In this document: positions 1 through 9,100 of the stretch, in pieces
Layout: each line of letters starts with the position of its first letter
Numbering within the stretch: the first letter of the stretch is position 1
IMG/VR virus record: IMGVR_UViG_3300037882_003153
Coordinates: 1-47,755 of that record
Length of the DNA stretch: 47,755 nucleotides
Direction: 5' to 3' (one strand)
Source of the DNA: a virus
Lineage: Duplodnaviria; Caudoviricetes
Position numbers and translations under genes: made by a program
The notes under the pieces: generated by a model
Seen by the model: only the letters and a program-made list of their open reading frames with translations
What the model was told of the DNA's origin: nothing
The model's database searches: none

Positions 1-64
1 GAGGTGGGCGGCGTGGGCGTGGCAGCGCGATTTGCTTTTGGGTTTACTCCGATCGGCCCCAATT

Positions 65-832
65 TCACCAACCCCGAGCCGTGAGATTATCCCCTCGGCT
101 ATCGGGAGCGCCGACAGTGGCGATTTGATTGCCCCCGATCGAAGCTCCGGCGGCATTGATGACCTGTAGATTATTCCCGGCAAGGTCGATCACCATCGTT
201 CCGGCGGCGGTGATCACCATGTCGCTGGCGTAGCCTAGGCCTGCTGTCAAGCCACCCAAAACCAACGTTCCTCCGGCAATCCCACCAATCCTCACCGCCC
301 CGCTTTGGTGCAGTTCCACGAACGCCCCCGCGTCATTTTCTAATCGCAACTTTTGGGCGGCATGAACGGTTTGGTTCTGCCCGATCGAAACATTCTCATC
401 TCCACCGACCGATCGTTTGGTGTCGCCGCTGATGATTTGGGTATCATTACCACCCACATTTTCAGCCCGATCGCCCTCGATGACTCTAGCGGAATCAATC
501 AGCGGATTGTCGGTGGCTTGAGGTGAGTTGCGCGGATTGAGGACTGCCCCAGCGTAATAGCCGCGATGGGGGTCGCCATCGTAAAAATTCACGGCCACAG
601 TTTGACCGACCTTTGGCACAGGTGGATCGTCGTGGGGACTGGCAATCTGCCGATCGAGCCAATCAGTTTCGAGGGCGGGATTTTTAGCAAGGCGCACCTT
701 GATGCGGCGACGATTTTCGGGGTCGTCAGTGTTGGTGACTTCGGCGGGTTGCGGGCCAATGATGCGCCCCTCCAAGGCTTCGAGCAATGGAGCGTATTTT
801 TCGAGACGTTGGAGGGCGGCGAATAAATCCAT
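65..832 (-). CDS. Baseplate spike, gpV/Gp5-type OB-fold
   Basis: AEVTNTDDPENRRRIKVR...PKVGQTVAVNFYDGDP OB-fold signature followed by VGG-D beta-helix repeats. Confidence 0.9.
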   Translation of the reverse strand: MDLFAALQRLEKYAPLLEALEGRIIGPQPAEVTNTDDPENRRRIKVRLAKNPALETDWLDRQIASPHDDPPVPKVGQTVAVNFYDGDPHRGYYAGAVLNPRNSPQATDNPLIDSARVIEGDRAENVGGNDTQIISGDTKRSVGGDENVSIGQNQTVHAAQKLRLENDAGAFVELHQSGAVRIGGIAGGTLVLGGLTAGLGYASDMVITAAGTMVIDLAGNNLQVINAAGASIGGNQIATVGAPDSRGDNLTARGW

Positions 833-910
833 GTAGGCGCGATCGTCTATCCGGATTTGGTGCCCAACAAGTAGTAGTGAACATTACCTATCAATTGGAG
901 TCTGCCTATC

Positions 911-1318
911 ATGTTGAAATTTATTGCTCCGATCGCCGTAATCATGACGATTTCCACCCCCGCCATCGCCGCGCCCGGTAGAGCTGCAATGGAAAAAGTC
1001 TGGCCTGTGTATCTTGGCAAGGATGGCTACGGCCAAAGCATTCGCTTGCTCTCCAATGAAGGTGCCGCTTGTGGTAGCCAGTTCGAGAAAGAGATTTCCC
1101 GAAAATGTTGGGAGTATGGCGCAACGATGTATCTATCGGGCACTGGCGATGCTAGAAAGTCGCACCGCCAAGCATTATTTGATTGCGCGAACGGCAATCT
1201 AGTAGCAACCTATGCCACGGAAGAGGAAAAAATCACGCGGATTGATGCTTATCCAAAATCTGCCCCGTTTCAGGCGATGGCGATAATTGCCTGCGCCGCC
1301 GTTGCTGATAATCGTTAA
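911..1318 (+). CDS. Hypothetical exported protein (moron)
   Basis: N-terminal signal peptide (AIA-A); four Cys; opposite strand to the structural genes. Confidence 0.65.
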   Translation: MLKFIAPIAVIMTISTPAIAAPGRAAMEKVWPVYLGKDGYGQSIRLLSNEGAACGSQFEKEISRKCWEYGATMYLSGTGDARKSHRQALFDCANGNLVATYATEEEKITRIDAYPKSAPFQAMAIIACAAVADNR

Positions 1319-1382
1319 AATAGTCTCAGCACTCAGCGCAACTAAAGCAGCAACCGATCGTCTACCCGATCGGTTTTTTATT

Positions 1383-1595
1383 ATGAACCTTACGCAAGTC
1401 AAATCCAGTAATCTCGCCGCGATCGGGTATGAACCCAAATCCAAAACCTTGGAAGTGGAATTTATCAGCGGGGCACGCTGGCGATATTTCGATGTTCCGG
1501 TGTCGGTGTGGGAGGGTTTGCGCAGCGCCGAATCTCACGGCGTCTATTTTCACCGTGAGATTCGGACTTCTTTCCGATCGGTGCAGGTGGGGTGA
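1383..1595 (+). CDS. KTSC domain protein
   Basis: VKSSNLAAIGY...LEVEF..G..Y..VP...A.SHG.YF pattern; start moved to ATG 1383. Confidence 0.88.
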   Translation: MNLTQVKSSNLAAIGYEPKSKTLEVEFISGARWRYFDVPVSVWEGLRSAESHGVYFHREIRTSFRSVQVG

Positions 1596-1817
1596 AAGCA
1601 AAAAACGTTGAAGAAAATTTTCTTCAACGTTTTTTGAGGCGATTAAGCTGCCAGGCCATAAATCACCTGAAACGAATCCCATCTAGGAGATTTTTTTATT
1701 ATATACCAGCTTTGCCATTTTGCACTAATAGTCTAGTGGTTGGTTAAGCGGCGGTGCAAATACGCCACTTCGCACCGTGAAGTTCGGACTTCTTTCCGAT
1801 CGGCGCAACTCAATTGA
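1551..1817 (+). repeat. Direct repeat of the KTSC 3' end (1551-1595 and 1773-1817)
   Basis: caccgtga(ga/ag)ttcggacttctttccgatcgg(t/c)gca occurs twice, 222 bp apart. Confidence 0.9.
1600..1635. terminator. Perfect 36-bp palindrome, probable bidirectional terminator
   Basis: aaaaaacgttgaagaaaa|ttttcttcaacgtttttt directly after the KTSC stop. Confidence 0.6.
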
Positions 1818-4305
1818 GGGGGAAAATCCTGCCGCCTGATCCTGGGTAAGTTCCCGTGACTTGCCCAGTACCGCGCGCCAAATATTTGTCAGGGTCTTGG
1901 TGCTCCCCGCCCTTCAGTAATTCAAAGTGCAAGTGGACGCCACCTGACGCCCCGGTATTCCCCTCGAGGCCGATCGATTGCCCCTTCGTAACCTTTTGCC
2001 CTTTTTGCACTGTGACCGAGGCGAGGTGAGCATAACGGGCAGTCCATCCAGTCCACTCCCCATCGAGATCAATATAAATGCGATTGCCAAATCCGCCGCC
2101 GCATCCTTCATCTCCAACCTGGCAAATCGCCAACGCCTCAACAACGATGCCCGACCAACAGGCAACTAGGGTATCAGTCACCCCATCCGCCGGAATCATA
2201 TCAATACCGCGATGCGGGCGTCCCCGGATTGTGCCAGCTAAATCAAACGGATCACCACGCAAACCATTAACGATCGGTGATTGCAGTTTACCCGCTGGTG
2301 TGGCGATCGTGCTCGTTGTCGCCGCTGCCCCCGCTCCCGCACCACTCGCCGCGATATTGTATTTCGGTTTCATCGGCGTGTAGAGTGCGATCGCTGATTT
2401 CAGCGTGCCCTTCCACGAATGTTCGATGGTATCGACTACCCAAACCCGATTCAGAAAATCCGCCAAAAATCCTTCGGTGCGAACTGGCGTATCGGGTGTG
2501 ACTTGGAGCATTTCGGCGGAGGTATATGCGGTGACTTTAGCGGGGAACCCCTTCACCCGTTTGGCGTTATCGCTGCCAGCAGCTGCATCTTCCTGCGTCA
2601 CTTCGGAATCGTCAGCGATCGTGCCTTGGACTGGGGCCGTCGCTGATCCGGTGGTGGACTCTGGAGCCGACGGCTTCACCGTGGACGAATCTACCCGTAC
2701 CGCACCAGTGTCTGTGACCACTGCCGTATTGGTCACACCCGCAACCGCTGATTCTGCCACGGCCCCGGCCAAAGCGGAGACGGTTCCGATCGTGCCACCC
2801 GTTGTCCCACCCGCGCCCTTATTCTCAGGTCGCAACTGCTTAATTTCGCCCGTAGCCGAATCGACGATCGCCTTGGTTTCGCCTGTGTTGGTGGCGGAGG
2901 CTCGACCATTCGCCGCATCCGTTTGAGCGCGATCCTCACAGGAAAAACTGGCGATATTCATGCCGTATTCCAACAGAAACGCCTCTTCACCAACCTTGCG
3001 CGGTTCGATGATAAGTGAGCCATCTCTGTCCAGCAAGCGCCACCCAATCCGCGCACACTCACGGCGCAATAGGGCATAGTCGGTGATTCCGGTTTGGTCG
3101 AGGTGGGTAAAGGTGGGGCCATTTTCGGGGCACTCAACTTTGAGGCCATAGCTGCGCCCTACTTGCTCCGCTAAAGTCTTGAGCGTGGTATTCGAGTAAG
3201 TCGCATTTTTGATCCGGCGGGTGAGTGCCCACCGAACGCAAGTCCCTTCAAACTCCGTGGCATTCAAGTGCATCTGGTGACGAGTGCCAGTGTGGATAAA
3301 CGTGAATTCCACCGCGCTGTTTTGGTCGAACCCAAACGTGATCGTGATTTCTTGGCCCTTCTCACCAGTCTCAGTGGGTGGGGCTTCCTGCACGATCGCG
3401 GGTGTGGATGCGGTGGGGGCATCGGGTTTATCACTGGTTTTGGGCGTGGTGGGTGTGCCCCCGGTTTGCGGTTGTGCGCCTCCGGCTTTGGCGATCAGCC
3501 CGTCCACTTTGCCCAGGTAATCCTGGGCGTATCCGGCGATCAAGTTGGCCTGGTCGTAGCCGTTCACAACAGTCCGCGCATTAATAAAATCTTGCCTTGC
3601 CCCGCTGACATAGCTGGGCAGTTTTTCGCCCGTAAAGATGCCAGTCATCATCCCGTGGACGAGCGTGTATCGGGCAACGTTTGGGGCTTCCAGCTTTTCG
3701 GGGTTATTGATAAAGTCAATTTTCAGCAAATCCGTATACCTTTGGGCATTCTTGCGCCCCGTCACCTGGACATAACCCCGGCCCTTAAACCGCACTCCAT
3801 CCCCCGGCTGGACGTTGCCTATGTCGTCGCGCCCCTCATACTGCGACCCGTCGGCATCCTCCTCCATCGTGCGGAAATATCCCGTCTCATGCCGCGCAGT
3901 GCCCAGAATATAGGCGATCTGGCCCTTATCCTTCACTCCTTGCCGCAGGCACTCGCCAACAATATTTAGCTCATGCTTCTCCCGATCGGCGGCACTAAAC
4001 CCGATCGCCACATCGTCGCCCAGCCCAGCGGCGGAAGTGGTGTTGGTGCCTGATGCTGGGGGCGGGCCTAACCCAACCAATCCCCCATCGGCATAGGATG
4101 CGGAGAAATATTTCTGCGCCCACCAAGATTGTGGGTCCCAGACCAGGAAGCTGCAATTGCTTTGCCGTTCTCCCTCACCCAAAAACACCCGTGCTTCCAT
4201 CAAGCCATCCCGATCGCCACTGACAAAAATATCCTCACCAATCTGCGCCTTGGCAAATGAGTAGATTAGGCGTGGGCCAGGGTTTGGGGATAGCGGGTTG
4301 AACAT
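1810..4305 (-). CDS. Baseplate hub (gpD/gp27-like) with internal GH19 lysozyme/chitinase-like domain and C-terminal M23 peptidase
   Basis: GH19 motifs HETG...EE, GNxQPGDGxRFKGRGYVQVTGR, ARTVVNG; hub-like TLxxLAxxxGxxYGL...DQxGxTDYxLLxR; M23 motifs HRGID, YAHL, HLHFE; adjacent to gpV. Confidence 0.85.
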   Translation of the reverse strand: MFNPLSPNPGPRLIYSFAKAQIGEDIFVSGDRDGLMEARVFLGEGERQSNCSFLVWDPQSWWAQKYFSASYADGGLVGLGPPPASGTNTTSAAGLGDDVAIGFSAADREKHELNIVGECLRQGVKDKGQIAYILGTARHETGYFRTMEEDADGSQYEGRDDIGNVQPGDGVRFKGRGYVQVTGRKNAQRYTDLLKIDFINNPEKLEAPNVARYTLVHGMMTGIFTGEKLPSYVSGARQDFINARTVVNGYDQANLIAGYAQDYLGKVDGLIAKAGGAQPQTGGTPTTPKTSDKPDAPTASTPAIVQEAPPTETGEKGQEITITFGFDQNSAVEFTFIHTGTRHQMHLNATEFEGTCVRWALTRRIKNATYSNTTLKTLAEQVGRSYGLKVECPENGPTFTHLDQTGITDYALLRRECARIGWRLLDRDGSLIIEPRKVGEEAFLLEYGMNIASFSCEDRAQTDAANGRASATNTGETKAIVDSATGEIKQLRPENKGAGGTTGGTIGTVSALAGAVAESAVAGVTNTAVVTDTGAVRVDSSTVKPSAPESTTGSATAPVQGTIADDSEVTQEDAAAGSDNAKRVKGFPAKVTAYTSAEMLQVTPDTPVRTEGFLADFLNRVWVVDTIEHSWKGTLKSAIALYTPMKPKYNIAASGAGAGAAATTSTIATPAGKLQSPIVNGLRGDPFDLAGTIRGRPHRGIDMIPADGVTDTLVACWSGIVVEALAICQVGDEGCGGGFGNRIYIDLDGEWTGWTARYAHLASVTVQKGQKVTKGQSIGLEGNTGASGGVHLHFELLKGGEHQDPDKYLARGTGQVTGTYPGSGGRIFPLN

Positions 4306-4368
4306 GGGGCAAGGCCGATCGGGTCAGTAGTGCGATCGGCCATCGCCAAAATTAATTCAAATTAGGTG

Positions 4369-4397
4369 TTGACAATCGTAAAGAATGGCTATATTAT
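4369..4397 (+). promoter_or_regulatory. Sigma70-type promoter for the plus-strand moron
   Basis: TTGACA-17 bp-TATTAT upstream of a GGAG RBS and ATG 4445. Confidence 0.7.
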
Positions 4398-4444
4398 TGA
4401 AGTGTGAGCAATACAGCCCACGCAGTCCACGGAGAAAACCAATC

Positions 4445-4666
4445 ATGACTACTGCAACAGAACGCGCTTACACTACCGACGCCGAAGCATACGAAGTTTT
4501 TGTGGGTCAAATCACGCCGGAAGAATTCATCAACGGGTATGAAGAATTTGAGTGTCCGATCGATGAGGCGATTAAAGATTTCATCCGCAGTTGGCCACAC
4601 ACAGATGAAACCCCTCCCTCGTGGCTTGATGGTGCGCTGTACAGCTATATTGAATCGAGGATCTAA
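4445..4666 (+). CDS. Small, highly acidic hypothetical protein
   Basis: 73 aa, about 16 D/E versus 4 K/R; good RBS. Confidence 0.7.
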   Translation: MTTATERAYTTDAEAYEVFVGQITPEEFINGYEEFECPIDEAIKDFIRSWPHTDETPPSWLDGALYSYIESRI

Positions 4667-4667
4667 C

Positions 4668-4868
4668 GTGCCCAGGCTTAAACCACGGGGCGACGGCGGT
4701 GGAGCCGGGAAAGGGCAAGGGCGAAAAGCTAACCCCGATCGGCCCCCATGCCCTCGCCAAAACGAAATCTGCCGACTGGCGATGAATGGTCGGGATTGGC
4801 GATGCCGCATCGATCGGGGCGGATGTGGTCACAGTGAGAAAAAATCCACCTGTAAACCAATTGATTAA
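4668..4868 (+). CDS. Small basic Cys-rich (Zn-ribbon-like) protein
   Basis: GTG start right after the upstream stop; GAGKGQGRK segment plus five Cys. Confidence 0.5.
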   Translation: MPRLKPRGDGGGAGKGQGRKANPDRPPCPRQNEICRLAMNGRDWRCRIDRGGCGHSEKKSTCKPID

Positions 4869-4885
4869 TCTGGAGAGCCCGATCG

Positions 4886-5236
4886 ATGCCCAACTACAAA
4901 TTCACCTCTGGCCCATACCGAGGCCGCACAACCGCCGAGGGCGCGACAATCCTCGATGTGAGTTTTGCCAATTTGCCCTACGAGATTCAGAATGCGGTGG
5001 TCGCACATTCCGAGATTCAGGATGAAGATTCAACCGCTGCCGAGTTGGCCGCCGCCGTCCGATCGTTCGAGAACTCCTGGGACTCCGAGGAAACCGAAGA
5101 CCCGATCGACCTTTGGCCACTGTCGAAGGGTAAGAGATCGGGCCCAAAAACAAGTAACCCCTGGAAGGGCTGTCCGTTCGGGGAGCCTTCCAGGGGTTTC
5201 GGGCGGGGTTTCGCAAAACTTTTAACTTACGATTAG
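4886..5236 (+). CDS. Hypothetical protein
   Basis: GGAG RBS; third gene of the plus-strand cassette. Confidence 0.6.
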   Translation: MPNYKFTSGPYRGRTTAEGATILDVSFANLPYEIQNAVVAHSEIQDEDSTAAELAAAVRSFENSWDSEETEDPIDLWPLSKGKRSGPKTSNPWKGCPFGEPSRGFGRGFAKLLTYD

Positions 5237-5272
5237 CCAACTCGGCGGGAATGTATGTTTTCCTATGCCGCC

Positions 5273-6643
5273 CTAAGCCGCATCCGGTAACAACTTCTCA
5301 GCATTCAGCGCCAAATCGTATTTACTTTCCAGGGAAAATAATATATACCTGCCGGGGTCACAGACATGGTCGTCCTGGCCATCTTCCACAATCCCCTCGA
5401 TCGGCCTTGCCATGGCGTCAGTTTTCCAGTGATAGCTCATGTACCGATCGAACACCGACCGGGGAACCTTGTCGCTGAATTTGAGCCGATCGCAGTAGAT
5501 CAGATTGTTCATCACGGTGAGGCCCGGTTGCACGGCATTCTCACCCTTCACGGCGCGTTGCATTCCCAGGATGCCGCGCCGTTTTCCTGCGCGGCGAACG
5601 CTCATGATATGGGCGGGGTTGGCCGGATCGGCGTAGATCCGGTAGGCGTCCCACCGTTGCGCCATGTCGCCAATATGGCCGATGAAATCTTCCAGCGGCA
5701 CCGTTTCACCTGTGAGGTTTTCCCATACGTCCAATAGCCAGTATCGGTTTTCGTGATCCATCCCGATCGCCAGACAACAGGGATTCCGATCGCCCCAATC
5801 CACACCCACCCAAGTTTTGGCGAAGGTATCCGGGGGAGTGGCGATCGCGGCCTCGCTTAGTTCGGTGAAAATCTTACCTTCAAAATCGAGAAAACTCGCC
5901 TCAAATTCTTGAGCGAAAACCCGTGGTGATAATCGGGCTTTGGCTTTGGCAATCTCCGATCGGCTCACATAGGGATTGTCACTGGTGAAAAAATGGAAGA
6001 AGTTCCACTCGTCCGGGAACTTCGCCCCGTTCTGTGCCACCTCATACAGTGAGTTGATCTTGCCCTTGGGAGTGCCAGTAAACACCGCTTCACTACCGGG
6101 GCAATCCGCCATCCCCGCCGAGATAATGACGTTCCACACATCAATCGAAATGTCCTGAAATTCGTCTAAGATGGCGCACCAAATCTTAGAGCCGCGCACC
6201 TTTTCCGCATGGTGTTCGGCGAGGCCAGCAAACACAATCGTCGGCCTCCCGCCCTTTAGTTCGATCGTGCATTCGGTTTTGTCAATCCGTTCCACGAGCG
6301 GGTGATCTTTCAGCAGTTTAAGTAATGGCCGAAATGCCAATCGCTTGCCCATTTTGAGTGTTGGGAATCCCACTAATACGATCGCGTCGGATAGGTCACG
6401 ATCGGGTGGGATGTCGAAGGCTTTATCCAGGATTTTCGCCTGGAGCAACTTGGTTTTGCCGAAGCGCCTGCCTGCGCAAACGACGGTGTAACGGGAACCG
6501 GAAGCGTAGGCGGAGTGTTGTTTAAGGTGTAGGCGGAACGTCGTCGGCGATAACTTCGACAAAGTTTTGTTTGGGGATTTTGAGATCCGCAGCCGAGTCT
6601 TCGGCGTCGCCTTCGGAAACGCGATAACCATGTTTTTCGACAA
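5273..6643 (-). CDS. terL: Terminase large subunit
   Basis: Walker A AGRRFGKT, Walker B ILDE, GTP coupling motif, RNase H-like GVDWG, YADPA, DDHVCD. Confidence 0.95.
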   Translation of the reverse strand: MSKNMVIAFPKATPKTRLRISKSPNKTLSKLSPTTFRLHLKQHSAYASGSRYTVVCAGRRFGKTKLLQAKILDKAFDIPPDRDLSDAIVLVGFPTLKMGKRLAFRPLLKLLKDHPLVERIDKTECTIELKGGRPTIVFAGLAEHHAEKVRGSKIWCAILDEFQDISIDVWNVIISAGMADCPGSEAVFTGTPKGKINSLYEVAQNGAKFPDEWNFFHFFTSDNPYVSRSEIAKAKARLSPRVFAQEFEASFLDFEGKIFTELSEAAIATPPDTFAKTWVGVDWGDRNPCCLAIGMDHENRYWLLDVWENLTGETVPLEDFIGHIGDMAQRWDAYRIYADPANPAHIMSVRRAGKRRGILGMQRAVKGENAVQPGLTVMNNLIYCDRLKFSDKVPRSVFDRYMSYHWKTDAMARPIEGIVEDGQDDHVCDPGRYILFSLESKYDLALNAEKLLPDAA

Positions 6644-7139
6644 TCCCGATCGCTACGTTGATATTTTCCAAATCCATCCAGAGTGCTTGGCGCTGACCCT
6701 CAACTGCGGCCTTATAAACGTTGACGGCGTTATTGGATGCACCCGTGAGTGCCTGTAATCGATAGGGGTCGATTACGGTTTCGGCCAGTTGATCTGCTGC
6801 TTGTTGAGCCAATGCACCAAGGCTCACGCCCAAGGTAGCAAAATCTCTGAAACCCTCATAATGCCGCTCAACAATTGCTGCTGCTTCCTCTGCAATGGCG
6901 TCTGAGACTGCTTCGTGGGTCTTCGCTGTCGATTTGCTACAGAACTGCTGTCTTTTGCTTTTCCAGTCTTCGGCGGCGCTCCACTTGAACAAATTGGTGA
7001 GTGACGCCCCCGAGATTTCGGCTAATTTCCGCAAACCAAGTTTATCGCCCATGACATACCGATCGCGGCAATCATCACGATTCCAAGGTTTTGGTAGGGT
7101 ATCCCAATCTTTCACGGTGGCGCATTCAAAAAGGTTCAT
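6522..7139 (-). CDS. Probable terminase small subunit
   Basis: N-terminal HTH (LRKLAEISG...W..W), helical body, immediately upstream of terL. Confidence 0.7.
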   Translation of the reverse strand: MNLFECATVKDWDTLPKPWNRDDCRDRYVMGDKLGLRKLAEISGASLTNLFKWSAAEDWKSKRQQFCSKSTAKTHEAVSDAIAEEAAAIVERHYEGFRDFATLGVSLGALAQQAADQLAETVIDPYRLQALTGASNNAVNVYKAAVEGQRQALWMDLENINVAIGIVEKHGYRVSEGDAEDSAADLKIPKQNFVEVIADDVPPTP

Positions 7140-7168
7140 CGGCGCGATCGTCCGTGTTTCGCCCAAAG

Positions 7169-7203
7169 AAAAACCCCGCACGTTGCTGACAATGCGGGGT
7201 TTC
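7169..7203 (-). terminator. Intrinsic terminator ending the ATPase operon
   Basis: aaaccccgca/tgcggggttt stem with A/T tracts. Confidence 0.7.
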
Positions 7204-7235
7204 TGTGCTCTATTGATTTCGATTTTAGCGCGGAT

Positions 7236-7394
7236 TTAAAATGGTGAGTGAAGGTTGTTGATGTTGATACAGTGGCGCGATCGGTCATCGAGTCCGGCAT
7301 CGATCACGACCATGCCACTGGAGTAGATGCGGATAATTTGGCCGGTGAACCATTGCCCCGTAAACTGGTAACTGGCTTTGTGTCCTGGTTTCAT
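7236..7394 (-). CDS. Small beta-barrel-like hypothetical protein (52 aa)
   Basis: Read by hand: MKPGHKASYQFTGQWFTGQIIRIYSSGMVVIDAG...; follows the ATPase gene. Confidence 0.5.
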   Translation of the reverse strand: MKPGHKASYQFTGQWFTGQIIRIYSSGMVVIDAGLDDRSRHCININNLHSPF

Positions 7395-7403
7395 GGGTTT
7401 CCC

Positions 7404-8828
7404 CTAAAGTTTTTGCAGATACTCAATCAGCGCGTCAATTCCGGCTGAGGTCAGATTTTGCCCTGTCAGCCGATCGAATGCCGCCTTAAGCGATTTTCGA
7501 TGCGCCTCCGATAGCCCATTCCCCAAGTCCCATCCCTCCGCCGAAGCCAGGGTGAGGATTTGACCGTAGATGTCATCACCATCAGTTTCCGCCGCTGGTG
7601 ATTCCCTGCCGGATACCGAATCGGTCGATACTGAGATGTCCCCGATCGTGGGGATTCCCTTAACCTGCAATTGCTTGCCGACGAATACGGCACAGACAAA
7701 TTTATCGCCAACCTTGCGCGGGAGAGTGGCGATCGCGTCGCAGGCCGCATCGATTTGTTTTGGCTGGATGCCCAGGTTGCCGTAATTCTCCTTGACTTGC
7801 GCGGCACGCCAGAGGATGACGGTTTCAACCTGGCGAAGAATATCTTGAGGTAAGGCCAGCGAACCAACCGCAAGGGATTGTGTCCCTAACTTGAAGGTGA
7901 CATTTTGCTTAAGGCCACGGCGAAGGATGTTGGCGATCTCGGCCTTAAAATCATCCTTCGATTCTTTGTCGAGCATATTCATCACGGCGGGGGCCTCATC
8001 CAGGATGAATAGGACGGGCGGGAATTTGGGTTTACCGTTACCGTCGCTGGTGGCCTTTGCCGTCGCCCCGGCCCGCGCATCGACAATCCCAGAGACATGG
8101 GCGACCATGCGATAGATGTCTTGCGGTTCCACGGCGACGTGAGTCCCCAGCTTCAGACCAAGCCAGTTATTCGGCTCGGCGTCACCATGGCTTGATCCGT
8201 AGTCCGGATCGCCGATATAGACCTCGCATTGCCCGCACGCATTGACTTGGAGAAAACGCGCCAACACATAGATCAGAGTCTTGGTTTTCCCGTCCCCGGA
8301 TTCACCACAAATCAAGCCGCTGCGGAGTTCCCACGCTGCAAACCATGACGTATCAAGGTCGATCGATGCTTCATTCTGCTCACCGATCGATGATTGCTCC
8401 ATGAGCATTGTGGGCATCGAAACTGAAAGACCAGTCGGCTCGACGGTCGTGGCCTGTGCTTCGATGATTTGGGGGACAAACTTGTATAGGTCATGCTCCG
8501 CCATCAAAGCGGGGCGGAACTGGGGCGGTTGCTCCATCACCCACTGAAATAGCTGAATCTCGGCCAAACTATCTTGCACCGCTGATTGATAGGCGTGCTG
8601 GGCTGTCAGCCGTTCCTGCACCCCAACGCTCTCGGATCGACGCAATGCCGATCGATGCCCAACATATTGCCGATCGTCCCAGGCCATGACAGCGGCCCCG
8701 GTCATCGACAGCGAACCCGCTCCCAACAACAGGCCACGGGCTTCAAGGGGCATCGGGAGCAGGGTTGGAGCCAATACCCCAAACCCGGCGAACCCGACGA
8801 ACCCAACCATCAATGAACGGCGATCCAT
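7404..8828 (-). CDS. Membrane-anchored FtsK/HerA-superfamily ATPase (TraB/VirD4-like)
   Basis: Two N-terminal hydrophobic segments; Walker A GESGDGKT; Walker B FILDE; LRRG arginine finger region; GTQS glutamine motif. Confidence 0.82.
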   Translation of the reverse strand: MDRRSLMVGFVGFAGFGVLAPTLLPMPLEARGLLLGAGSLSMTGAAVMAWDDRQYVGHRSALRRSESVGVQERLTAQHAYQSAVQDSLAEIQLFQWVMEQPPQFRPALMAEHDLYKFVPQIIEAQATTVEPTGLSVSMPTMLMEQSSIGEQNEASIDLDTSWFAAWELRSGLICGESGDGKTKTLIYVLARFLQVNACGQCEVYIGDPDYGSSHGDAEPNNWLGLKLGTHVAVEPQDIYRMVAHVSGIVDARAGATAKATSDGNGKPKFPPVLFILDEAPAVMNMLDKESKDDFKAEIANILRRGLKQNVTFKLGTQSLAVGSLALPQDILRQVETVILWRAAQVKENYGNLGIQPKQIDAACDAIATLPRKVGDKFVCAVFVGKQLQVKGIPTIGDISVSTDSVSGRESPAAETDGDDIYGQILTLASAEGWDLGNGLSEAHRKSLKAAFDRLTGQNLTSAGIDALIEYLQKL

Positions 8829-9100
8829 ATCCCCAACACTCCCAACATCAAAACAACAACCGCAATTAGAAACCCTGGCAACAATGCCGCAACTACCCGA
8901 TCGCGGCCACCCATATAATAGACCGTGTTATCGGCCTCTTGCGTCTCCACAAACATCCCACTGAGGAGGCAAGCGGCGATCGCCAGCAGGTAAATCACAA
9001 TTACCCCACCGCGCACGATCGGGAATGCCGCGCCGATGAATGCCAAAAACACCGACCAACACCCGATCGCGCCCAACGTCAAAGCCTGAAATCTATCCAT
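8810..9100 (-). CDS. Small multi-pass membrane protein
   Basis: Three hydrophobic stretches; overlaps both neighbours. Confidence 0.7.
   Translation of the reverse strand: MDRFQALTLGAIGCWSVFLAFIGAAFPIVRGGVIVIYLLAIAACLLSGMFVETQEADNTVYYMGGRDRVVAALLPGFLIAVVVLMLGVLGIWIAVH

Noticed and set aside
1600-1635. Protelomerase target
   Set aside because: A/T tails and its position right after a stop fit a terminator, and no protelomerase was seen; not fully excluded
1722-1807. tRNA gene (TAGTCTAGTGG D-arm-like start, cloverleaf-like spacing)
   Set aside because: Acceptor has two mismatches, there is no TTCRA loop, the anticodon loop is oversized, and the 3' half is explained as a duplicated KTSC coding end
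1551-1817. attL/attR pair or DGR template/variable repeat
   Set aside because: Copies are only 222 bp apart, no integrase or reverse transcriptase is in the window, and differences are not clearly adenine-specific
2078-3969. Plus-strand ORFs of 75-233 aa inside the hub gene (and similar shadows elsewhere, e.g. 25114-25731, 37688-38185)
   Set aside because: Antisense shadows of well-supported genes in GC-rich DNA, without RBS or motifs
7404-8828. Complete conjugative T4SS
   Set aside because: No relaxase, VirB4 or pilin cluster was recognised; kept only as a single-ATPase transfer hypothesis
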